DNA of 63,888 nucleotides, counting the filler, from Squatina squatina (lineage: Eukaryota), in the NCBI GenBank assembly GCA_031763465.1. It is 4 parts of 3 records of this genome, joined end to end, with 100 filler letters (N's around TTAATTAATTAA, not from the genome) between each part and the next. Parts side by side here need not be neighbours in the genome. Positions count along the whole stretch, not along the records: positions 48,440 to 63,888 come from JARFOE010000001.1; 3 more parts are not named here. One strand, 5' to 3'. The notes under the pieces are model-generated. The model was not told the DNA's origin. It did not search any database and worked only from the letters and a program-made list of their open reading frames with translations. The position numbers and the translations under genes are program-made. Of the stretch, positions 54,150 through 63,888 are shown one piece after another (within the stretch, counting starts at the first letter, position 1; every line of letters starts with the position of its first letter).

Positions 54150-54970
54150 CTTGTTTTTGGGCTGTGGGTAACACTGACAAGGCTGCATTTATTGCCCATC
54201 GCTATTTGCCCTGAGAAGGTGGTGGTGGTAGGTATGAAATACTAACCAAGCAATGATGAAGGGATGGCAACAAGTCAGGGTGGTTGTGTGCTTTGGAGTG
54301 GAACCTTGAGATGGTGGTGTTCCCATTCCATTGTTGCTCTCGTCCTTCTTGATCATAGAGGTTGTGGGCTAGGAGATGTTGTTGAAGTAAGCTTGGTGAG
54401 TTGCTGAAGTGCAACCTGTAGACAGTACATATTGTAACCACAGTGTGTCAGTAGTGGAAGAGGTGGATACTGAGTCTAGTGTTGCGGGACCGATCAAATG
54501 GAGTCCTCTATTCTGGATAGTGTTGAACTTATTGAATTTTATTGCAGCTGCTGGCATTCATGCAGTGTGAGTAATTCCATCACACGCCTGACTTGAGCCA
54601 TGGAGAGACTTTGAAGGGACAGGAGGTAAACCACTCATCACAGAGTTCCCAACCTGTGCCCTGCTCTTGTAGCCACAATGTTGATGTGGCTGATCCAACT
54701 AAGCCTGTGGTCAATGGCAAGCTCAAGGATGCAGATGGTGAGGAATTTGATAATGGTGATGTTGTTGAAGGTCGGAGGGGATGGTGGGGCTCTTTCTTGC
54801 TGGAGATGATCACTACCTTGCACTTATGTGGCATGAGTGTTCTCTGCCACTGGCTGGCATGGGCTGCTTCATTATTGGAGGAGTTGGGAATGAAGCCAAG
54901 TACTGTGGAACCATCACCAAACAAGAACCTTATGATGGAAGGGAGGGTCAATAATGAAGCAGCTGAAGAA
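54150..54970 (-). mobile_element. Non-LTR retrotransposon 3' region (degenerate)
   Basis: Colinear similarity to 19985-20760 (ttgccctgagaaggtggtgg ... cttatgatggaagggagggtca). Confidence 0.75.
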
Positions 54971-56989
54971 TTAAAATTCATCAGCTGTGAAGCACTTTGG
55001 TACATCTTGAGGACGTGAAAAGTGCTATATAAATGTACAAGACCTTTTTTTTTTAAACGATTAAGAGTCCATTGTAGGCAGCAGCAGTGAAACTCATTCT
55101 TTGTGACGACACTTTCCGATCTAATGCTAGAGTGAGAAGTGTTGTTACTGAACCTGCACTGTGTACTTGCTGCACTATATTCTATATTTTATTAATGTGT
55201 CAGTGGCCAGGCAGACCGTCTGTTCCTTTCAGTTCCTCTCCAATTTTATATTATTCAGCATTAACATTCCCTTTGTATCTTCTTTGGTGACACACTGTAA
55301 ATTCAATGGACTTACGGCAAAAGGAGAAACAACAGAATCTCACCAGAATTATCTGTGTCGGCTGAAGACAATTGGACCCAGAACTACTTCTGACAAAGTT
55401 GAGTAGAATTCTACACAAGGTACAAAAACGAATGAGATACGTNNNNNNNNNNNNNNNNNNNNNNNNNNNNNNNNNNNNNNNNNNNNNNNNNNNNNNNNNN
55501 NNNNNNNNNNNNNNNNNNNNNNNNNNNNNNNNNNNNNNNNNNGGTGAATATGCTCAGTTCCTTTAAACGAGAGCGGGAACCTTTTCTGGCTGGGGCAATG
55601 ATCACCTTTTACAAAAGGGTAGGAGCTGCATAGTATTTCAAAGGTTTTTAAATCCTGCAGTGTTATCTTCTTATAAATGCAGTTTTACCGCAATACTGAA
55701 AATTGTCTTTGCTGACTTCATCCTGTACTTGACAGATATGACACCAGACACTCATTACCAGTGATTTATCCTAATGTTCTTTATCCTTCAGTTCTTTGTT
55801 CCCAAGCACATTTTCAACCTGAAAAACTGCTACAATAATTATGTGAAGAAGTACAAAGGTTTAATGCAAAGTTCTGTCAACTTAATATACGTGAAAAATA
55901 TTAATGAGGACACCCTCCTCCCCATCTGCTAATCCAGGCCCTGTAATCAGCAAGAAAATGTGAATGGCCTGGGTCAAACCCAAAGCCTCATGGGATTTAG
56001 AAAGAGTCACTTTTTGTTCTTCCCCTCCCAATCCTGGGATCACTGCAAATTGCATATCCTTCATTGATGCCCTATGTAAGAGCTACTAATTTTACACAAA
56101 TCGGGCACTGAACTGTGCGTATGACTCAGTACTATGCTTTGTAGCTGTGCAGCAGAGTAGCTGTGTGATAAGAACACTAGGTTGCTATATGATCATTGGA
56201 TTAGCCATGCATTTCTTTGAATTCAGGAAACTTTGCTTGAGGAATGGATTATATGCCTAGTGTCACTTTATTTGTGTTGTGTCAGCATGTACTATTTTTA
56301 ATAAAGTAACAGACTGCAACAAGCAGTTATTTAAGATGTATATATTGCAAACCAACTTGGATTAAAGCCTTTAACAACCTGGCAAAGATCTGTCAGAAAC
56401 TTATCTGATTGGACAGCAAATTGGAAATGTAAGATGAAAATGTAATGAATTGTCTAGATTTCAAATCTAAAGGGAGATTGTGTTGCTGAGTTAATGCTGT
56501 TAGATAATCACAGGGTGGGAGAGGAAAATCACAGAACAACGTAGTATTAACCCCTCGTATCAGCCAGTAAAATCAATACCGATTATAATTCATTCTGGCC
56601 TAGTCACATGGCACGTATGTGGGCTGTATGCCACACCAGCAGAAGAACAGAAATGGAAAACAGTAAACAGACCATGGGAAAAGGTGAAGTCACTAATTCT
56701 AAATACTGTACTATATATAAGGAACTGAAATGCACTCCCAAGGTGAGCGAACTGTTTCTAACATTTTATGTTGCATCCATTCATTTTATTTAAATTGTAT
56801 TTTTATATGCATTTTGTTCATTTAAAAAAAATAACATTCTTGTGTAACTACAACATTACAGTATTTCTTAAGTCTGTTGTAGAATTTGTTTTACTTAGCC
56901 TAATGGCTAGTTGTAGAGTAATAATGGAAGAAGTTTGGGAGCACAAGATAGTTACAAATGAGGAAAGTCCACACTAGCTCATCTTTCTA

Positions 56990-57900
56990 GAAAAGCCTTA
57001 CAACCCTCCCACATCATCCTTAAATAATTCTGAGGTTTTTGCCTCTTATCCCAACTAGAAGTTGTCTGAATCATTCTGTGTTCGGAAGAACTTGCTGACA
57101 TCTGTCCTAAATTTGTCTTTTACTAGTTTGAACCTGTGTTCCCTTGTTTTCTGCTTGTGTTTTATTTTTTAGGTAGTGTTTGGGATCAATTCTGTGTCAT
57201 TTTCTACCTTTTTAATATGCCTGTATAAGCTTCTCGGTTGCCTCCTTTCAAGGCAGCAGCACACGTTTTGCCCCATCTTTCTCATAATTCAGTCCTTATG
57301 GCTCTTCTCTGAACTGCCTTGAGAACTTCTTCATCTCTGACTGGACCTAGACATAACATAAGTCCTCTAACAAGTACCTGCTGCTTTCTGTCCTTATTCA
57401 GTTTTTGAGCTTTAAGCTCAAGTATTAAGCCTTTCATACAGAACTTTGTCAAATGATTTTTGGAGATCAAGGTACACCACCTCTTGGGGCTTTCCATAGT
57501 CCATTTGAATGTTACTTCCTCAAAAACAGCAGTTGGTCAGGATCTTCCCCTCTGAACCCATGTTGGTTGCTATTTACTAGATTATCTGCATATAAGTAAT
57601 CAAGTTTATTCATAGTTGATTCCATTATTTTACTTTGTATTGATGTAGGACAAATGAGCCTGTAGTTGTCTGCTTTTATCTCCCTTTTTTAATATGGGCA
57701 TCACATCAGCTAGTTTCCAATCTAGCATGACCTCACCAGTGTTCAATTATTCCCTCTTAGTAACGGTCAGTAGTGCATCACAAAGCGGATCCCTTGTCTG
57801 TCTTAGTACTGTTACATAAATACTAACCATCCCAGGGGATTTATTTTGAGCCCTTAAAGCCTATCTAGAACTTCAATCGCATTTATGTCAGTTATTAATT
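56990..57900 (-). mobile_element. Old CR1 LINE fragment
   Basis: Decayed RT remnants (LKAVQRRA, DFxKxFDKV-like) on the minus strand. Confidence 0.55.
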
Positions 57901-58891
57901 CTACTTAGATTAATATTGTTTAGTACAACATGTTATGTCAGCCCTAATGAGTACTTGGAGGAACTATTCATTTAATATATTAACTATAGTATGCTCCTCT
58001 GCAATTTAGAACTCATTAGCATCTTTTTCGGATTCTTGTTTCTTCTGTCTTACTGTTACTATATTGAAGAGATTTCTTACGGCTATGCTTTCCACCTGCT
58101 GCTATGCTGTTATCCNNNNNNNNNNNNNNNNNNNNNNNNNNNNNNNNNNNNNNNNNNNNNNNNNNNNNNNNNNNNNNNNNNNNNNNNNNNNNNNNNNNNN
58201 NNNNNNNNNNNNNNNGGGACTAATGGGACAGTAAATTCATTACCTTCTCAAAGAAAGCCCCATCCCGTCAATATATTAATTTTTTTGCCAAACCATTTGA
58301 ATTCTGTGGCACCAGTATAGGGTAAACCTCTAAATAAATGACAAAAATTTGTGGTAATTCTAGCTGGGGCTAGTAGTTGTACGAAACATGTTTACAGCAT
58401 TAAGCCATGTCTTATTTGCAGTAACTCATCTCCCACATAGAGTTTCAAAGTGCCAATGCCTAAGGCTCCCACAGTGAATGATTTACTGAAAATCATATGA
58501 GCTCCCGGTTGATTGGAACAGTAAATTCTGAGGATGTCCATGAAATGTTTGCAATTTAGCTCCTATTATCCACCATTTCCAGGAAATGCACTGAAATATT
58601 ACTCAAGCAACTGTCATTGGTGAATTGTTGTTTATTGTAAAGTTATTTGTGCCCTTGGTGTATGTTGCACTCTTACCAGAATTTATGGGTTAGTGTTGTA
58701 TGCTGTCATACTGCAGGCAAACAACTTTGTTCAGAATCATTTTACTTTCAATCTCTGTTCTTTGTGTAAATTTTACATAGAATTAACATTTTTAAAAAGC
58801 CTGAGGTATTTGAGACAAGTATTGCATTTACAAATTACAAGTTATAGTTTATTAATGCTGTTCAGTTCAGAGCATAGGGAAAGAATGAAAC

Positions 58892-59248
58892 AAAGAAAGA
58901 AAAACTTGCATTTATACAGCACTTTTCACAACCTCAAGATGTCCCAAAGCGCTTCATAGCCAATGAAGTACTTTTAATTTGCATTGACTCTAGTAATGTA
59001 GGAAATGCAGCAATTTGTGCACGGCAAAGCCCCACAATCAGCAATGTGATAATGACCAGATCATCTGGTTTCGTGATAAGGGATAATTAGCAACCAAGAC
59101 ATTAGGGAAGACTCCCCTGCTCTTCAAATTGTGACATAGGATATTTTGCACCCACCTGAGAGGGGAGACCGGGTGTCGGTTTAATGTTTCATCCGAAAGA
59201 CAGCACCTGTGACAATGCAGCACTCCCTCAGTAAGCCTGGATTACGTG
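58892..59248 (-). mobile_element. Deu-domain SINE
   Basis: Reverse-complement similarity to 2975-3315 (aacttgcatttatacagcac ... gacaatgcagcactccctcagta). Confidence 0.75.
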
Positions 59249-61360
59249 NNNNNNNNNNNNNNNNNNNNNNNNNNNNNNNNNNNNNNNNNNNNNNNNNNNN
59301 NNNNNNNNNNNNNNNNNNNNNNNNNNNNNNNNNNNNNNNNNNNNNNNNTCAGGGTTTCTTTGAGAGTTTCTCCCTGCAACCTAATTGTGTGTAGCATTTA
59401 CAGAATGTAAAATATCAGTTCTGTAATTTGGTTACTGACTTTAACGTTTCATTTTAAAGTTTTTAAAAAATGTATCCATCTGATTGTTTTTTTTTAAACA
59501 ACACTATATACAATTGCTTGTATAGGTTTTTCAGGAAATGCATTTAATTGCCCATCTCACAAGGATTATCATAATAAGTAGTTACAAAGAACAAAGACTA
59601 CTTTCTGTGCATTTTGATAGGAAGCCTGCAGAAAATGATGATCAACACTGTTCTTTCTTTGCAAAGGCAATAACAATACTGGTGCATCCATCTGAATTTT
59701 GTAAAATGAGATCATTTGTTGTGCATGATTAAGCAAGTAGTAAAATTAATCGAAGAATTTGTTACTTGGATGCATTATAATAATCATTCCTACCTTGTGA
59801 TCTATCACTTTTAAACTCTGATTTAAAAATACTTATTTAACAGTGTACGTGTAAAATATGTGACTGTCTATAATAAGCCATCCTATTTACTACATGATCC
59901 TGGCAAAGTTGTACAACATCTGATACCTTCTTAATACTGATCAGATCATGAAAAGGTACATTAAGTTATGTCAATCCAAATAAACAGATGCTCCATATGT
60001 GCAAAGTAAATGCTTTGTTTAATTGCTTGAGGGTTAAGAGCAGGAAGATATTAATATGTAGTGTTTTTGGAATGTGATTATATTTTCAATTGTAAATCTG
60101 GCATCAACAAATGGAAGTTTTCCTAATTTCCTCCCCTTTGGCTGTTCATCTGTGCAGCATCTTGATCTCACTGTGAGATAATAGAAGTGAGCCAAACATA
60201 TGGTCTGGGAATGCAGTGCCCTACTGTAGACCGGCAGACAGGAGGTGGGAATTTGAAGAGCTTTAATAGATGGAGCATCAGTNNNNNNNNNNNNNNNNNN
60301 NNNNNNNNNNNNNNNNNNNNNNNNNNNNNNNNNNNNNNNNNNNNNNNNNNNNNNNNNNNNNNNNNNNNNNNNNNNNNNNNNNNNNNNNNNNNNNNNNNNN
60401 NNNNNNNNNNNNNNNNNNNNNNNNNNNNNNNNNNNNNNNNNNNNNNTTGTTTTCATAAAAGAGAGGATGGATTCAAGATTTGTCCAAGAGTGAGTGACCT
60501 GACCAATAACTCTAAATACAACAGACATTCATTAAGAATTATTTATTAAAACATAATTAACCAGCCATTTTATGCATCATGGATGGATGAGAGGAGCATT
60601 TTAGTTTGCTTGGACCCGATGTCTGCCTCCATCCTTGGTCTACATTTTGCTCAAGATTTTTGTAAATATTTCCAGACATCTGCTTGGCAATTTTAAGCAT
60701 CTGGTCTCCGCTGGGATTCAGCTCCACAGCTACAGGGTGGAGAAATAAGCTTGTTAACTACTACTCAATTTCAAATGATCTTAAATAATGACATGACTGT
60801 CATTTTGTGCAAAAGAAAAGTTGTTAATTAACTGAAATATATAACTACGTCCATGAACAGATCATATTCTGGTATTTTCAATATTAACTATTATTGAGAT
60901 GAAATATTGATTCATATCTGTTGACCAGAAACATTAATAATGCATGCAACATTAGACATGCAAATCTATGGTGTCCCATGAAAACCTAACCGACATGTTT
61001 AATAATTAGAAATATACTGAGTGTCATTTTACAGGTAATATCTAGCGTATATTTCATTTATTAGACTCCAGGGACCAAGAAGCTAAGGTTCTTATATTAT
61101 ATGAAATATAGCCTCCAACTGTTTTGTGCGATAGGCATATTCCCAGACAACCTGCATATTTTCCTCAGCAACAGAAATCTTTCACTTTTGTCCCTTCCCA
61201 CTGTGCTGAAGGTTTAATTTATAAACTGTAAGGAAGGTTTCTATAGACTGTTCTCTTTTTGCTTGCTATAAACAGCCAAATGTCATATTTTTATTTCAAT
61301 GGGCACATTTTATTAAAATCTATCAAGTAGGACTAAAATTGTTCCTTTGTCCTGTTACAG

Positions 61361-61417
61361 CAATGACAATGCAATTCATCAGTCACCGTTTCCCTGACTA
61401 CCATGATCCTACAATAG
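61361..61417 (+). CDS. RIT2: RIT-family small GTPase exon 2 (effector loop), RIT2-like
   Basis: cctgttacag acceptor and TAG|gtaagt donor; (A)MTMQFISHRFPDYHDPTI(E); DYHDPTI matches recalled RIT2 rather than RIT1 (EDHDPTI); 57 nt. Confidence 0.85.
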
Positions 61418-62089
61418 GTAAGTCACTAAGTTGGTTTATTGTTATTTTTTTTCTTCATTGTTTTAATCTCGCTCTACAAGAAATAACTGCTCATCAACAT
61501 TTAAAAAGCCGGATGAATTTTTACAACTTTCTTTTACACTTATTTATTGTTAAAAAACTATGCTCACTCATGCGTGAATGGGGCGATTCCAATTGCATAT
61601 CATCTTAAAGAGGATTAATGTACGTTTATATTGATATATGAAAGATAACTTTACATTAAATATTTATTTTAAAATCTTAATTCCAAATAGGATCNNNNNN
61701 NNNNNNNNNNNNNNNNNNNNNNNNNNNNNNNNNNNNNNNNNNNNNNNNNNNNNNNNNNNNNNNNNNNNNNNNNNNNNNNNNNNNNNNNNNNNNNAATAGG
61801 ATGATTACCTCCTTATGAGCATAACCTGCTCACAACCTCATCACACATGAGTTATGGAGGTCAGCTTACTCACAGAATAAATGCTGCATTCGACACTTTA
61901 CAATACGGTATTTCCCTATTTAAAGAAATGGCTTCATTGTTTTACTATTCACAGATTTAATCAATGTATAAATGTAATTACTGGATCATTGCTGAGAAGA
62001 TGAATGCCATCACAGCCAGTACGTGATGGCAAGCCATATGTTTTAATGATTCTTGATTACAGTTTTTTTCACAGGATTGATTAATAGTG

Positions 62090-62500
62090 TCACCCATTTG
62101 AAATATAGTTACGCATCATCCTTAGAAACACATTATCGTGGATGACTACCTCAAAGCCATTCTTTATGTTGTCATAAGTGGCCTTATAATTCTTTCCGGA
62201 TGTCAAGCCTGATAGTGCATAACAACACAGCTGGTAAACTGTGGCAAAACGTATGTCAAAGAAAGCCTCCAAGAAATTTTTAAAAACTAAATTATTTGTA
62301 TAAATCATGTGAAAATCTAAAACGTTTTCAGCACAATGAATGGTGGTTGTACAACAATGATTTTTTTTCAAAGCCTCTTGCCTATGTTTTGAAAGTGACT
62401 CCAATTCATCCACTAAGTTAATAGGTCTACCACCAGAAAATAATTGATCTCTGTATAAACCAGAAAATCAAATGTGCTCTGCTGTGCTTTTTTTCTCCAC
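62090..62500 (-). other. Exon-like reading frame of unknown origin (possible decayed transposase)
   Basis: Acceptor gttttatttctttcag; VEKKSTAEHI*FSGLYRDQLFSGGRPINLVDELESLSKH...FLRMMRNYISNG*, about 125 open codons in AT-rich DNA. Confidence 0.3.
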
Positions 62501-63327
62501 CTGAAAGAAATAAAACATTTTCTTTTTCTAGCTACAGGCAGGAAAGCACGTCACTGCAAGCTGCAGTCAGACGGTGCGTGTGTGGAAACCTGATAAAGCA
62601 CAGTGGCACTGATTTTAACTGTGGCTGCCCAGTATAAACAGGTGGTAGCAGCCTGGAAATGACATTGGGTCATTTACCATGCCATTTAAATGGCGTTCCC
62701 ACAGCTGTCATCTTGGTAGAGGCCTTTAGTAAGGCGGCCAGATCACCTGCCTGTTTCAGACAGGAGGCTATTTTTAATATGCAGATCAATTCTATGACAT
62801 ACCTCAGACTCAATTATACTTTTGAAGTGCTAATGGCCAAGCTGGTCCNNNNNNNNNNTTTGTGGGGCCAGGAGGAGCAGGAATGCCTCCATCCCTCCCT
62901 TGAGGCCCAGACTCTCTCCTGGCTCTGTGAAGCAGCCGGTTAATATCCTGTCTTCCTCAACTGGTGAGCTACATCTGTCATCTGTTTGATTCGCAGAGTT
63001 CAAGAGAGAAAATATTTTCAGTTTTAGCTTCCATTAGGAAACAATACTAAACAAAAGTGTGATCCCAAAGTGGTCTCAATTGTTCAGGTTTGTTATTTAG
63101 TATGACTGTAGTTTGTTTTCTCCTGTTATGTTGCTCATTGTAAGCTAGATGATCTGCTGTTTTACAAAGAGAGTCTGATACCATGCAGTCTGCAACTTAT
63201 TAGGGGTAGAAAATAGTCTGGATCTGTNNNNNNNNNNNNNNNNNNNNNNNNNNNNNNNNNNNNNNNNNNNNNNNNNNNNNNNNNNNNNNNNNNNNNNNNN
63301 NNNNNNNNNNNNNNNNNNNNNNNNNNN

Positions 63328-63550
63328 TCACCCGGTGGATGGTGGGGGCCTGGAACTCAGTGCCTGAAAGTTTGGTGGAGGCAGAAAACCTTTTAAAAAG
63401 TACTTTGATTTGCACCTGAAGAGCCGTAACCTACAAGGCTACAGATCTAGAGTTGGAAAGTAGGATAAGGCTGGACAGCTCTTTTTCAGCCGCACAGACA
63501 CAATGGGATAAATGGCCTTCTGTGCTGTAAATCTCTATGATTCTGTGATT
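63328..63550 (+). mobile_element. CR1 LINE 3' tail
   Basis: gtgggggcctggaactcagtgcctgaaagtttggtggaggcag ... aaatggccttctgtgctgtaaatctctatgattctgtgatt. Confidence 0.75.
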
Positions 63551-63888
63551 CAAATGTTTTGTGCACAGTTTTTGATAAACCAACATAGTACTTGAATTTT
63601 TCAAAAGAAACAATTAAACTCAAAGCTCTACACAAATAGCTGCCACTTGCCTCATTAAAAGCCAGCCAATTTCAAATGACAGGATGTAGAATAATTGAGG
63701 TTTCACTGTTCAAATACTGTCTTCCACATTATTATGCGTGAGCATAAAAGCACTTTACCTGAGTGCCCCCTTGAAATTCTTTCATAGTATTCCAGCAAGC
63801 TCAAGAGACCATGTTAAATAAGGTCATCTCTACAATAATACAACATAACATGTATTTCAGCTCTTTCCAGGGTTGTCAATAATAAAAA

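Overview
Eukaryotic (vertebrate, most likely shark/chondrichthyan, inferred from the CR1-LINE, Deu-domain SINE and Harbinger repeat content) intron-rich DNA from a fragmented draft assembly. Three identical artificial spacers (44 N + TTAATTAATTAA + 44 N) split the window into four unrelated scaffold pieces. Piece 1 (1-13592) has one plexin-A1 exon. Piece 2 (13693-31160) has two exons of a BtpA/SgcQ-family gene (F13E9.13-like, minus strand) head-to-head with two URI1 exons. Piece 3 (31261-48339) has the first exon and four more exons of CNKSR2. Piece 4 (48440-63888) has one endothelial-lipase-like exon and one RIT2 exon. The rest is intronic or intergenic DNA with LINE, SINE and DNA-transposon fragments and satellites. 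I found no CRISPR array, operon or complete novel system. The most unusual signals are an orphan ATP8B1-like flippase exon fused in frame to a Harbinger Myb/SANT exon inside a CNKSR2 intron, the poorly characterised BtpA-family gene, and an unassigned exon-like reading frame antisense in a RIT2 intron. Gene calls rest on my recall of protein sequences plus splice-site and phase checks; no searches were run, and repeat boundaries are approximate.
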